The notes: generated from the sequence alone by a model not told the origin. Positions 1 through 11,366 are shown, numbered from the stretch's first letter. The stretch: DNA of 64,000 bases from a bacterium (GCA_965205865.1 CBDBHR010000028.1:32001-96000), one strand, 5' to 3'. A program made the numbers and translations.

Positions 1-77
1 TCTCCATCCAGCAGGCCCGGAAAAAACAAGAAGCCACGTTCTTCGAATTGTTCGATTTGCTCGTCGCTGAGTTGCAT
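1..77 (-). CDS. PhyH/ectoine hydroxylase-family dioxygenase, N-terminus (runs off window)
   Basis: Manual translation MQLSDEQIEQFEERGFLFFPGLLDG, a typical PhyH-family N-terminus. Confidence 0.7.
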   Translation of the reverse strand, partial: MQLSDEQIEQFEERGFLFFPGLLDG

Positions 78-116
78 GGTATGCGATCCTTTGTTTGAGA
101 TTAAACTGAGAGTGCA

Positions 117-570
117 TTAATCGATGAAACTAAAACCGACAGCCCGAGCGTGATAATACAAACCACCATCCTGGACAACCAAGCTTGTCATTCGTTTGTC
201 ACCATGATTGTGATGGGAATGCACAGCCCTTGGTGGTGTCACCATGACTGTGTTTGGCTGCCAATCAATGCGCTCGCCATCAATCATAGAATGACAATCT
301 TTACTTTGAAGACACAGGGTTAATGCCACGGCGTTATGGACATGCGGTCGTTGAGAGTTTCCACCTGGCAGGGAATTGATCGCTGAGGTCGAGATCAATC
401 AGACCGCTTGGGGTGGATTTCGAAAATGCTTTGTCACGTTCGTTGACAAACAGGTGCGTTGGTACTGGCGAACGTTTCGTTTTGAATACGTTTTCCAGAA
501 TTTCATAGATCGCACGGTGTGTATATTTAGTTTCTGCTCGCTCTATTGAATGGGGAGTGGTCTCTAACAT
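117..570 (-). pseudogene. Cupin-domain protein, split/internally deleted
   Basis: Two overlapping ORFs (334-570, 117-398); cupin motifs PHVHN and TPPRAVHSHHNHG. Confidence 0.6.
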
Positions 571-648
571 AAAGCTCTCCTGCCTCAGGATAAATTAAAA
601 CGTTTAGCTTAGGTGATTCTTATTTGCAAGCATAATCTGCCCCTTTTT

Positions 649-1704
649 CTAAACCCTGCTCACCGTGCTAACGATCTTTCCCGTATGTGCCGCTTCGACA
701 ATCGCTTCGGTAACCCTCAAATTCTGCAACCCATCTCGCACACCGACGAAAGGCTGTACCTCACCTCGGATAACAGCACAGAAGTGATCGAGCTGTCGCT
801 CCAAAGGATCAGCACGTTTCACTTCGATGTTGCTAGTTTTAAAAGGTTTCCACCAAGATCGATCCTCGGTTTTCTCATAGATTTTGAGGCGCATTGTCGG
901 AATCGCGAGTGAGCCATGGGTTCCAGCGATGAGATAACAGTCTTCGTCAGGATAGGTTGAATAACTCTCGTTCTCTTGCGAAGTCTGCTCCCAACTCCTT
1001 GCTGCGCCAACCGTGTCGGACAGAAGGAATGTGCCGAGCACACCGTTTTCGAAGCGCAGATTGATCGCCACGGTGTCTTCAACAGGGAAGCCCCGAGTGG
1101 CATTGGAGGAGAACGCCTGCACTGCGACGATCTCCCCACACAACATACGCAGGTTGTGTATTTCATGGATCATGTTAATCAGGATTGGGCCTCCCCCTAA
1201 CTGGCGACGCCACGAGGCGGCATTATAGTAATCATCAGGCTTAAAAAACAATGCGCTCCCCATAACTGCCACGAGCTGACCGAGTTTGCCATGGTCTATA
1301 ATTAGTTTAGAGCATGTCATGATCGAACTGTATGCCCGATGATGGCCGATAAGGATTTTAGCCTTGGCCGCATCCGCTATTTCACACAACTGCTCACCCT
1401 CCTCGAGTGTTTGCGTAATCGGCTTTTCGAGCAGCATCGGCACTCCGGCATCGATGCATTTTAGGGCATGTTCGAGGTGTATCTGATTCGGTGTGGCGAG
1501 AATCATACCATCCGGACAATCCTTCTCGAATAGTTCGTCAAGCGTCTCGAAGAGGGCTACTCCGGTTTTCGATGCGGTTTGCCTAACACTCGGAGAAGGG
1601 TCGATAATGGCGGCCAGTTTACATGCCGAACTGGCTTGAATGCACTCGATATGGCGTCGTCCGATCAACCCTGCGCCAGCGACAGCAATCCTGATTTTGT
1701 TCAT
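649..1704 (-). CDS. Gfo/Idh/MocA-family oxidoreductase
   Basis: GAGLIGRRH Rossmann motif, LLEKP, GHHR, GGGPILINMIHEI. Confidence 0.92.
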   Translation of the reverse strand: MNKIRIAVAGAGLIGRRHIECIQASSACKLAAIIDPSPSVRQTASKTGVALFETLDELFEKDCPDGMILATPNQIHLEHALKCIDAGVPMLLEKPITQTLEEGEQLCEIADAAKAKILIGHHRAYSSIMTCSKLIIDHGKLGQLVAVMGSALFFKPDDYYNAASWRRQLGGGPILINMIHEIHNLRMLCGEIVAVQAFSSNATRGFPVEDTVAINLRFENGVLGTFLLSDTVGAARSWEQTSQENESYSTYPDEDCYLIAGTHGSLAIPTMRLKIYEKTEDRSWWKPFKTSNIEVKRADPLERQLDHFCAVIRGEVQPFVGVRDGLQNLRVTEAIVEAAHTGKIVSTVSRV

Positions 1705-1982
1705 GTGGGAATTTCCTTGCGAACAAATTAGTATTTAGAAAAAGTGCAAGATACCACTATACTGAGGGACTTTAAAGTCTTTATATTTTGTTTATTTTTA
1801 TAATTATTTACAATTGAATTTTAAATTTGTTAAATTGGGCGCCAACGGGCGATCTTCGTATTCCAACACGGCCACCGAAAGGTTGTTTGGTTCCGTGTCC
1901 TCCGGTAAGCAACTTTTCAGGGCATAGGGTCTCCTTATAACTGATGTTATACTGTGAACGGATTATTTCTGGATTCATTTTT

Positions 1983-2062
1983 TGTCATCCTGAGGGAACC
2001 GAAGAATCTTCTTGATTCCCATGAGATTCTTGCTTAGGCAGCCCCCTTAGCTCGGAATGACA
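1983..2062. repeat. TGTC-tagged REP-like palindrome (family A)
   Basis: TGTCATCCTGAG...GAATCT / AGATTCT...CTCGGAATGACA inverted arms. Confidence 0.65.
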
Positions 2063-2211
2063 GTTCTTTTGAAAAGTGAAATTTAAACCCGTTTAGAGTA
2101 TATGTGAATAGATTTTGCAAGAAGTTAATATTTCCTCCAATGGATTATCCAGGGACAAAGGCCGACATGGAACGGGCAATTGAGGTTTGACCCCTTTTCA
2201 TTTTCAAATGT

Positions 2212-2650
2212 TTCGAAGCCTTCAAAGAAGATGTCAGCAAGCCAGTGATTGTGGTAACGATGTATGCTGATACCTTCCGGCGCCAGTTTCTTGATACGGC
2301 AGGCAAACCGGTTCATCATGCCGGAAAATTGATCTTGAAAGTACCCAAAACGACCTTTGAGCGCTTGCAATTGGACCAACTATTTGCCACCTGCCAGCAT
2401 GCATTGGCGCCAATCTGATCAACGGGTTTCGCTTCAACTAAAAAACAAAAACATTAAAGTTTAAGGGGATGAGTGCGTCCATGACATGAGAAATGAAGAC
2501 TTTCCACATCTGAAAACAGCATTTTGATGCTCATTCTCACTCCAACTTCCATGGATTTGATGATCAAAATCTGATTTCAGAACGATTGCATTTCTCAAGC
2601 AAAAAAATCATCTTGAAAATCTGATCCTTTTTCAGAATCGCTCAATTTAG
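2212..2650 (+). mobile_element. IS1380-family remnant (transposase C-terminus and right end)
   Basis: Frame reads FEAFKEDVSKPVIVVTMYADTFRRQFLDTAGKPVHHAGKLILKV...*; ends in ATTTAGG like the IS1380 TIR at 31606. Confidence 0.65.
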
Positions 2651-2686
2651 GTTGTAATAAGGTCTATCTTAGTCCCGGGGGGAGGC

Positions 2687-3740
2687 CTATCGTTTCCTTG
2701 GACTGATCGAGTGATTCCTCATTTTCTTCGCCATCGATGGGGATGTAGCGCACTCCCCCGCATGATTTACGATGGAGTGGTCAGTTTCAACGCGAAACTT
2801 TTTTCCATGGTGGGTGACGATCTGATTCATGATTTGGCCATACGTTTTTCCGGAGGTTCGCTCCCACGGGGGAATAGGCCCCCGAGGATCTTCAAAATTC
2901 CAGACTTCATCGATTTTGAGCAGTTGACGGAACCGCTCCCCATTGCGAGCCAGATTTTCTTCCGAAATCCGGCTGGGGGGTAATGCTCTTGCGTGCGGCA
3001 GTAGAAGGCACTGTAATAAGCGGTGACCCACAATCGAAAACCTGGATTGATCCGAGGAAAGGCTCCGTGCAAGAGGGTGCCTATGAAAACAATGACCGAA
3101 CCCGCGGGTGCTTCGACAGCGATGGCCTGATCCACCTCCTCACCCGGCTTGGGGTGGCGGCGGAGTTTATGGGATCCCGGGACGATCGCCAGGGCGCCAT
3201 TGTCTTTGGTATAATCGATCAGACACCAGTTTGTATTGAACACCATTGGGGGATCGGGAAGCGGTTCAAAAGGATAGAGGTGGGTATCGGCATGTAAGCC
3301 CATTGTGTGCCCATAGCCCACCGGGTCCTGCCATTTGACAATCCCGTTGAACGCGGAAAGCAGGCAACCGGAACCCAGGTAGTAATCTATCAAGGGCAGA
3401 GTCAGAGGATGCTGGATGATTTCCTCAATAATCGGATCCTTTTCCATAAACCCGAAGTACCAATTTTGGGTTTGGTTGGTGCCATGTTGTCGGTGAAACC
3501 ATGTTCCCCGGTCTCTTCATCGGGCCGCACCCCAGTGATTTCTTCCCCAACCCGTAAGAGCGCTTCTTTGGTTTGCTCTAACAGGCGAGTGTCGCCCATT
3601 TGCTCAGGGGTGATCACGGTGAATCCCTGCTCTTCAATCTCATCCAGATTTTTAGTAAGGCCACGCTCTTCGATCTGCTGAGAGGCCATTTTCTTCCAAT
3701 TCTCCCAAGTGCGCCATTCTGACCATTTTTTGGTAATCAT
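2687..3740 (-). pseudogene. PhyH-family Fe(II)/2-OG dioxygenase, two frameshifts
   Basis: Three overlapping ORFs (3402-3740, 2827-3447, 2687-3031); LHAD, NGALAIVPGSH, LLHG motifs. Confidence 0.75.
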
Positions 3741-3874
3741 ATAACTCCTTACTTATTTCTCTATTTAAGTACTTATGCAAAAGAAAAATTCACATTTTTA
3801 CCACTCATAATCGTTCCACTCCATAATCACGCAAGGCTATCCATAATGAAAGACATTTTTCGGACAAGCGCTAA

Positions 3875-4750
3875 TTATTCCTTGATAGCGCCTGCCGTGA
3901 GCCCCTGGACAAACTTCCGCTGGAAAATTACATACACCACGATAATTGGCGGCATGACGATGATCGCGCCGGCCATTTCCAGCGAGTAAGCTCTACTGTA
4001 GGCGTCTCGGAAGAACATCATGCCCACCATGATGGGCCTTAGGCTGCCTCTCTGCATGTAAACCAGGGGCAGCAGAAATGCGTTCCATGCTGCCATAAAG
4101 TTAAAAACCACCATGGCGGAAATGGCCGGCCCAGACAGCGGCAACATGACCCGCCAAAAGACACCAAATTCGTTACACCCATCGATCTTCGCTGCATCGG
4201 CCAATTCGTAAGGTAGCCCGGTGAAAAACGCACGCATAAAGAATATGCTAAACGGCAACCACAGTGCGATCTGAGGCAGAATCATCGCCCAATAGGTACC
4301 TAGCAAGTGGATGTCTTTCAAGAAGTGGAAGAGCGGGATCATGATCGATGTAAACGGTACCATCAGCCCTATCAGGATGAAGTAAAAGACAAAATTGGCG
4401 CCCGGCAGTTTGAGACGGGCCAAGGCGCAGCCGGCCAGGCTGGCAAGACACACCGTACCCAGGACAATTGGAACGGACACGATTACACTGATGAGAAAGT
4501 ATCTGCCGAATCGACCTTGTTCCCACACCTTCGAGACATTCTCCCAATGCAGAGTGGTTGGTGGTGCTAGAGGGTTCCTTGAGATTTCTCTTTCCGTCTT
4601 GAAAGCGGTGGAAACCACAAAGTAAAATGGTGCTAAGCTGATCAGCGCATAGAGGAGTAGAACCCGGTACTTAAAACCTCTACTCAGCCAATAACGCCTT
4701 GATCGCCTCGGCGTCAACTGCCTCACCGTATCGGTAGTTGCGATCTCCAT
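3875..4750 (-). CDS. Carbohydrate ABC transporter permease (MalG-like)
   Basis: EAA loop ELADAAKIDGC, WNAFLLP, QRKFVQGLTAGAIK. Confidence 0.92.
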   Translation of the reverse strand: MEIATTDTVRQLTPRRSRRYWLSRGFKYRVLLLYALISLAPFYFVVSTAFKTEREISRNPLAPPTTLHWENVSKVWEQGRFGRYFLISVIVSVPIVLGTVCLASLAGCALARLKLPGANFVFYFILIGLMVPFTSIMIPLFHFLKDIHLLGTYWAMILPQIALWLPFSIFFMRAFFTGLPYELADAAKIDGCNEFGVFWRVMLPLSGPAISAMVVFNFMAAWNAFLLPLVYMQRGSLRPIMVGMMFFRDAYSRAYSLEMAGAIIVMPPIIVVYVIFQRKFVQGLTAGAIKE

Positions 4751-4754
4751 CTCG

Positions 4755-5637
4755 CTACTCCCCCCTCTCTCGTACGCGGATAAATATGTAAGATGTAACC
4801 AGCGCCAGGCTGGTCAAAACCATCGACACCGCTGCACTATAGCCAATGTCACTCTCCCTGAAAGCTATCTTGTAGATATAGGTGGCGATCACCTGTGATG
4901 CCGTGCCGGGGCCGCCACTGTTCATGATCCAAATGAGGTCGAAAACCTGGAAGCCACCGATGAGCGTGAAAGTGATCAGCATAGTCAGCACGTGCCGCAG
5001 CTCAGCAATGATGATGTAGATGAACCTTTGCCAGGCATTGGCCCCGTCAATCAAAGCGGCCTCGATCAGCTCTGGGTTAATATTCTGCAAACCGGCCAAG
5101 ATGATGACAAAACAGAAGCCAACATGGGTGCAGACAGCAGCCACGATTATGGACGGCAGAGCCCAAGTCGGATCCGCCAACCAGGCTCTCGCCAGAAAGT
5201 CAAGACCGATGCCCTTCAGCACCTTGTTGACAACCCCGTACAGTGGGTTATACATCCAGCTCCAAATGATCCCGACCACGACCTGGGATAGAACTACCGG
5301 CAAGAAATAGATGGTCCGAAAGACCACCCTGCCCCGCACCCCACTCCATACGAGAACCGCCAGCACGAGTCCGATTAAAATAGGCGTTATCGAGCCCAGG
5401 ATGATCCAAATCAGGTTGTGGTACTGTGCCTCCCATAGCAGCGGGTCGACTATTAGGGCGCGATAGTTCGCCAACCCGACAAACTCTTTTACGGGCTTTG
5501 CCCCATTCCAACTGGTGAGGCTGTAGTAGAACGAGGTGCACAAGGGATACGATGAAGAAAACGTATACGATAAGCGCTGGTATGATAAAAGCGTAGCCTG
5601 TAGCGACGACTCGCACCGACCTGCTAAGGGTAACCAT
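4755..5637 (-). pseudogene. Carbohydrate ABC transporter permease (MalF-like), frameshift near 5545
   Basis: N-terminus GYAFIIPAL is in a different frame from SFYYSLTSWNG...ELIEAALIDGAN. Confidence 0.75.
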
Positions 5638-5754
5638 GCGTGCTCCGCCCATCACCCCACCGGCTTGAACAACCTCTTTCCTCGAGATTTCCTGACTCAT
5701 TGAACTATCACTTGATGTGAACCTGAATTCGACAAATAGTTTTGGCCTGTCATT

Positions 5755-5863
5755 CAAAGGCGATTTCGTTGAGAACTATCAAAAAAGAAAAAGAAAGACT
5801 AACAGAAATTCTAAAAAATCTTCAGCCAAAGGCGATTTCGTTGAGAACTATCAAAAAAGAAAA
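5755..5863. repeat. Two identical 37-bp direct repeats, 72-bp period
   Basis: CAAAGGCGATTTCGTTGAGAACTATCAAAAAAGAAAA at 5755 and 5827. Confidence 0.85.
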
Positions 5864-6005
5864 CGACAGACAGATCTTCGATGCGGAGTGTCGCTTCCGC
5901 GGACGTGGTCCGGCATCCAGGGCGCATCAGCGTACTGGCCCAGGGAAATTTACGAGAGAATTTTTTTGATATTTTGGCAGGTTTCTTGAGGGGAGGGGCG
6001 AGTTA

Positions 6006-6359
6006 TTATAGAGATCTTGGTTCAAATAAAAGTTTGATTCCATCCAGAATCTCTTGAAATTTCTTTTCGGAAACTTTTCCAATTTTTTCTCCTAAATCTG
6101 ATTTGTTGATCGTATAGATTCGTAAAATATTGACGACACTTTTCTTTTGTAAATTGGCCTCGCCTTTGGGCAAGAGCACATTCCCAGGTGCGCTCGCTCG
6201 TTTCAAATTCGAAGTGAGAGAACAGACGACAACCGTATTTAATTTACTGACATTGAAAAGATTATTTTGAACTACAATATACGGATGCCGATGGGCTGGT
6301 TCTGACCCTCTTGGCTCTGCCAAATCTATCCAATAGATTTCTCCTTGCTTGATTACCAT
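6006..6359 (-). CDS. mazF: PemK/MazF-family toxin
   Basis: GEIYWIDL..PRGSEP..RHPYIVVQNN, VVVCSLTSN. Confidence 0.9.
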   Translation of the reverse strand: MVIKQGEIYWIDLAEPRGSEPAHRHPYIVVQNNLFNVSKLNTVVVCSLTSNLKRASAPGNVLLPKGEANLQKKSVVNILRIYTINKSDLGEKIGKVSEKKFQEILDGIKLLFEPRSL

Positions 6360-6610
6360 TTTATTTCCTTCATACTCGATTTTTGTTTTAGAATCATTTG
6401 CTTGTGTTTGATATTTTCTTCTTCATCCGGAAAATCACTATAGGCCGTATTGAGTTGTTCTAAGAGCATTTGATTTTCTTTACTCTTCATATAATCTTCG
6501 ATCGCTAAGGCAAAAAGTCGGCTCCTTGAAACATGGAGTTCTTCAGCGAAATGATTCACCTTTTCATAAAGGTTTTGATCCAGCGAAATAGCCGTTTTTA
6601 CTGTTGGCAT
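6353..6610 (-). CDS. RHH/CopG-type antitoxin
   Basis: KTAISL...VSRSRLFALAI; overlaps the toxin start. Confidence 0.85.
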   Translation of the reverse strand: MPTVKTAISLDQNLYEKVNHFAEELHVSRSRLFALAIEDYMKSKENQMLLEQLNTAYSDFPDEEENIKHKQMILKQKSSMKEIKW

Positions 6611-6990
6611 TGGAATCTCCTTGAAATAAGTATTGATAATATTATTACTGAAAATTATACTAAATAATCATACTTATGCAATACTTTTGTGAGTTTTCTG
6701 GAGGAATGCAAGACCGTGAAACAGGAGCTGAGGGTCGTTGATGACGAACACTGAGGTCGGGACTCCATTTCCCTTCAATTTGGAGGGGGCAAAGCTCTAG
6801 GCTTTCTAATCGTATAGCTAACCCATTGATTGTCTCTAAAGCTATCCCTGAAAAAGCCGCTCAAGATTCCCTTCATATTGCAATTGCCTGTCTACATGGT
6901 ATTGATTATTTATTAACTTGATTTAAATCATCGGATTTAATAAAGATGATAGCGCTAATATTTTTAAAAGCAGCCTTTTGATTCTCCTAA

Positions 6991-8181
6991 ATGGACAGTG
7001 AGGTTAATATGAGTATAGATCATCCATCTTTAGAAAAGAGCGTCCTTGTGGATTATGGGACAGAAGAATCAGCCATGGTTCGTTATCGGGAGGAGGGCAC
7101 CCGACGCGCTTTGGTACTCGACAACCGAAGTGCGATCCGTTTTGATGAAGAAGGCCGTCTTGATCCGGTCATCCTTCAATCCTATTCACGCAACGGGTTC
7201 TACATTTTCGAAGGGATTCTCAAAGAAGAGGAACTCCAGGACATCGAACAAGATCTGGCCGATCTGCTGGACCATGCACCGGTGACTAAAGGTGCGCAAG
7301 TCGATCATCAGGGACGCCCGGCCTTCAATGCAGCTTGCCAATTGCAAGACATTAGTTGGGTCAAGCCCCTTTCAGATGAGGCTGGGGGAACCACCAAAAA
7401 TCATAGTCGTCACCAGGTCAAGATGTTTGAACCAGTGGCATCGGAAGATGCCCCGGAGTTTGTAATACAATACATCAATGGTTCCTTGCAGTTTTCTGAG
7501 ACCTGCCTGCACGTTTATGGACATCCCCAACTCCTTGCCATTGCTGAAGCGATCAACGGCGAGGATTTCACTCCATTCAATGAGGGTTTGTGGATCAAGT
7601 ATCCCAGACTGGGTGGTTCCGTCGCCTGGCACCAGGATGGCGTCACCCATTGGGACAACCACGATCTCGATGAAAACACCCACGGCTTCAATTTCATGGC
7701 ACAACTCTATGGGTGCAATGCCGCAAATGGTGTATGGGTGGTGCCGGGATCTCATCGGCAAGGCAAGGCAGACATCAAAGCCAGGGCTGAGGAAGCGGGG
7801 TCGGACCGGTTGCCCGATGCCATGCCGCTGATCTGCAATCCAGGGGATGTCGTCATCTGCAACCGTCAGATCCTTCATGGTTCCTTCGCGAACACCAGCT
7901 CCGACCTTCGCGTTACCATCAACTTCGGCTTCCACCGGCGTCAGTCGGTGTTGGATGTGCCCAGTAAAGTGCAGGCCAATCCTGATGCCGTCTACGATGC
8001 GGCGTATATCCGTGAACGTTCGCGGTTGATCATGTACGCTATCGACGCCCGGCGAAAACAGTATCCGGAGGAAGCCCCTTTTGTGTACAAACCGTTTGCA
8101 GGACAAGAGAAAGCCTACCGCTGGACCCCCAAAGCAAAAGCGGGTCTCACAGACTACCATCTGCAGGATATCCGGATCTAG
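6991..8181 (+). CDS. PhyH-family dioxygenase
   Basis: WHQDG, NGVWVVPGSH, ILHGS..N motifs. Confidence 0.85.
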   Translation: MDSEVNMSIDHPSLEKSVLVDYGTEESAMVRYREEGTRRALVLDNRSAIRFDEEGRLDPVILQSYSRNGFYIFEGILKEEELQDIEQDLADLLDHAPVTKGAQVDHQGRPAFNAACQLQDISWVKPLSDEAGGTTKNHSRHQVKMFEPVASEDAPEFVIQYINGSLQFSETCLHVYGHPQLLAIAEAINGEDFTPFNEGLWIKYPRLGGSVAWHQDGVTHWDNHDLDENTHGFNFMAQLYGCNAANGVWVVPGSHRQGKADIKARAEEAGSDRLPDAMPLICNPGDVVICNRQILHGSFANTSSDLRVTINFGFHRRQSVLDVPSKVQANPDAVYDAAYIRERSRLIMYAIDARRKQYPEEAPFVYKPFAGQEKAYRWTPKAKAGLTDYHLQDIRI

Positions 8182-8246
8182 CCAGAGGTCCGTTTTGAAT
8201 TTCACACTGGCTGTTCTGCCAAATTCAAAACGTTTTTAAGTATCAT

Positions 8247-8813
8247 TTACGATAAATTTCTCCTCGCATACGCACAGGCTCCAACAAAGACCAATCCTCT
8301 TGGGGCAACCTCATGCCCAAGAGGAAAGGGCGGCCTCGGTTCGATTTCGAGAGATTGCAGCACCCGATCGTCCTGGTAATAACATTGCGCGACCGCAGTG
8401 AGTATGAAGGAGAAGAATGGTGAATCGCGGCCTACGGTTTCTACAATTTGCATTTGAGCTTCAACACCTGCCTCAATGAATGCTTCCTTGAACTGTGCCT
8501 GTGTCGTTTGTTCAATAGCATTCAATTGTGCTGATACAAATTCGGCTTTCTATTCGCAGAGGGTGAGGATGCCTGAAAAGATTTGCGGGTCATTTGTACC
8601 AGGGACCTCATACTCGGGACTGGGGGGAATGATCAGCACAGCAAGGGCACTCAATGTCGCTTGTTGGTTGGCATCAAAAGGGTTGTTTGTCTTAGGGTCC
8701 TGATCGGTATTACCTTTCTTTTCCTCCTCAGGTGATATCCGTGTTTGCTTTGGCACCTTGCGCACACCCACTTGTTCAGGCACCCAAATTGATACACTTG
8801 TCTCGGCCATCAT
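8247..8813 (-). pseudogene. Gluconate 2-dehydrogenase subunit-3-like fragments
   Basis: LIIPPSPEYEVPG and AQCYYQDDRVLQSL..EPRPPFPLGHEV in broken frames. Confidence 0.55.
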
Positions 8814-9125
8814 AAACCACGGTGGTGAAAGCGCTATCTGAAGGCCACCAATGCCAGCCCAGCTTGTTGAAGCCTTGCGCGAGTGCGGTGCCCGACTTGC
8901 CTAAGGGGAGAGGTGGCATCACTTCCGGATTGGGAGGGTAGGCAGGATCGCCAGCAAGCCCCGCGACGCCCATCATCCAATTATTTTGATCATAATAAGG
9001 AGCAAGAGTCTCATAGGTAATGGGCTAATCCTCACCCACCCCATCCAGGGTTTTAGTGCGAAAATCGGAAGGGTGAAATCGAGGGAAATGGCCTGCAAAT
9101 AAGACAGTGCCTCCGCCCACGCTGT
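8776..9125 (-). pseudogene. GMC oxidoreductase internal fragment
   Basis: GVAGLAGDPAYP...GFNKLGWHWWPSDSA; upstream VGGGTV..HFPRFHPSDF-like segment. Confidence 0.65.
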
Positions 9126-9149
9126 TAAAATTTGTAACAGATATGGGGG

Positions 9150-9361
9150 AGTTTTCTTCGTTGATGATGACTTTATTACTCGATCTTGAAAATCTCCAGC
9201 ATTTCAGGAAGAGTGATCAACTGGCTGCTTATGTGGGTTTAACCCCTTCCCAGTTTTCCAGTTCCGATCAGGTCCATATGGGCATTACTCGCTCCGGCAA
9301 AGCGGATCTGCGAGGAATGCTCGTCGAAACCGCTTGGATCTTGGTGCGTAAAGATCCTTGA
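9150..9361 (+). mobile_element. IS110-family transposase fragment
   Basis: FRKSDQLAAYVGLTPSQFSSS..GITRSGKADLRGMLVETAW. Confidence 0.75.
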
Positions 9362-9366
9362 TGGAT

Positions 9367-9591
9367 CTACCCTCGCTGGCCAGGATTTGGTGGCCAAGCC
9401 ATGTCTCCGGCATTTCTTCCTCCGTCTACTTGTTTGACAACGTGCTCTGTTTTCTTTTCGTTACGGGCTGCTATGACAATCTCTGAACCATGTTCGGTAA
9501 GTCCCATTGCTATGGCTCGTCCTATCCCACTGTTTCCACCGGTAACGATTGAAACCTTACCTGTGAGATCGAATAAGTTGCTCATTTTCAC
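9367..9591 (-). pseudogene. SDR oxidoreductase N-terminal fragment
   Basis: LFDLTGKVSIVTGGNSGIG then truncated. Confidence 0.75.
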
Positions 9592-9636
9592 TCCTGATCT
9601 AGAAGTTTTGCGCTCCGACTGGGGAGAGGGCTCCTC

Positions 9637-10596
9637 CTAAGAGAACGGGTTGATCAACCCGTTCAAGAGGCCTCGTTTGCGTTTCACTTTCGCGGTACCA
9701 TAACTGCCCTCACCACCCCGCATCCTGGGGTCGAGCAGGTCTCTCACCGCGTCGCCGAACATGTTGAGGGAGTAAACGACAATCGTCAGGAAAAGCCCCG
9801 GCCAGAGAGCTGGCCATGTCGCCATCTCCATGTACACACGCCCTTCCCGGCTGAGCATCCCTCCCCAGCTAGGAATCTGGACCGGCAGTCCGAATCCCAG
9901 GAAGCTCAGCGAGGCTTCGGAGTTGATGACCCCGCCAATGTTGATCGAGAAGACAATGATGACGGGTGCCATAATATTAGGCAGCGCATGTCGTAAGAGG
10001 ATTTGGCTCGTGGGGGTGCCCACGGCCATGGCGGCCAGAAAATAGTCATTCTCTTTGACACCGATCACGGCGCTTCTGATGACACTCGAGCCGCCGATGC
10101 CTCCTGATATCCCCAGAACCAGTATTATCTGTAACAATCCCTTTCCGGCTATGGACATGATGGTTAACAACAGGAGCAGTCCCGGGAGACACATCCAGGC
10201 ATCGACAAAGCGCTGCACCACCAGGTCCAATTTGCCACCAATGTACCCTGAAATGCCACCGATCAGCACCGCCACCACATCATTAACAGCGGTCGCTGAC
10301 AGACCGACAACCATGGAAAGACGAGCCCCGTAGATCAGGCGGCTCAGGAAGTCTCGCTCCAGCTGGTCGGTACCCAGCAGGTACCGGGCTGATGGGCCCT
10401 GCATCCTGTCTACCGGGTGTAATTGCCAAAAAGGATAAAGAGCCAGCACATCGGCGAAGATCGCGACGAGAATCAAGAGCAAGACGATCATCCCGCAGAA
10501 CGTCCCCAGCTGCTTCTCCTTGAGAAGCCTGCTGAAGAAATCCACAAACCGACCCCGTCGCTTGGGCTCATGGATGGGGGAGGATTTCTCACTCAT
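9637..10596 (-). CDS. Peptide/nickel ABC transporter permease (DppC-like)
   Basis: LLGTDQL.RD, HALPN, SFLGFG, GDAVRDLLDPR. Confidence 0.9.
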   Translation of the reverse strand: MSEKSSPIHEPKRRGRFVDFFSRLLKEKQLGTFCGMIVLLLILVAIFADVLALYPFWQLHPVDRMQGPSARYLLGTDQLERDFLSRLIYGARLSMVVGLSATAVNDVVAVLIGGISGYIGGKLDLVVQRFVDAWMCLPGLLLLLTIMSIAGKGLLQIILVLGISGGIGGSSVIRSAVIGVKENDYFLAAMAVGTPTSQILLRHALPNIMAPVIIVFSINIGGVINSEASLSFLGFGLPVQIPSWGGMLSREGRVYMEMATWPALWPGLFLTIVVYSLNMFGDAVRDLLDPRMRGGEGSYGTAKVKRKRGLLNGLINPFS

Positions 10597-11250
10597 ACCG
10601 CACCCTGGGGTCCAAATAGGGATAAATCAGGTCGATCATTAGATTTATTGCTAAAACCGCGGTGGCGAAAATCAGGTTTACCCCGGAGACCACCGGGTAG
10701 TCTCTTTCCTCGAGTGCATTCACCATAAGACGACCTAGCCCCGGCAGGTTGAATATGTTCTCCATGATAATGGCGCCGCCTACCAGCAAAGGTAACTGCA
10801 TGCCAATCAGGGTGATAACCGGGATGAGGGCATTTTTGATAGTGTGTCGGATAATCACGACCCGACCCCGGATCCCCTTGGAACAGGCGGTGCGGATATA
10901 ATCCTGCCGGAGCCTCCAGCATCATGGTGCGCGTCATCCGCATGGTGGCGGCAGACAGGGCCGTCCCCGGAATCACGCTGGGAATGATGAACACCCCGAG
11001 ATTCCTCAGCGGGTCTTCCATGAAAGAAACCAGCTTCATTGGTGGCGACCAGCCCCACCAGATTGCCGGGAAGATCATGACCATGAGTGCCGGCCAGAAG
11101 TTGGGTGTTGCCAGGCCGATGATGGCATGGCGCGCCCAGTCGGCGGCCGTATCCTGGCGAATCGCCGAGTAGATGCCGACTGGCAGCGCTATCAGCAGCC
11201 CGATTACGATTGCCATGAAACCGAGTTCAATGGTCACCGGCAATCTACCT
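10589..11250 (-). pseudogene. DppB-like permease, 5'-truncated and frameshifted
   Basis: Two frames; close paralog of 61227-62240. Confidence 0.8.
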
Positions 11251-11366
11251 ATGACATGACTTTCGGATATTAGGAAAATAATTTGCGTTTTTAATTAATA
11301 GGTGTAGAATACCATGAGATTACAAACTAACTCGTGCTGTTATGGAATCTTCTCTTAGAGAAACCT

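Noticed and set aside
5755-5863. Mini-CRISPR (37-bp repeat, 35-bp spacer)
   Set aside because: Only two copies, non-palindromic, and similarity extends into the spacer, which fits a simple duplication
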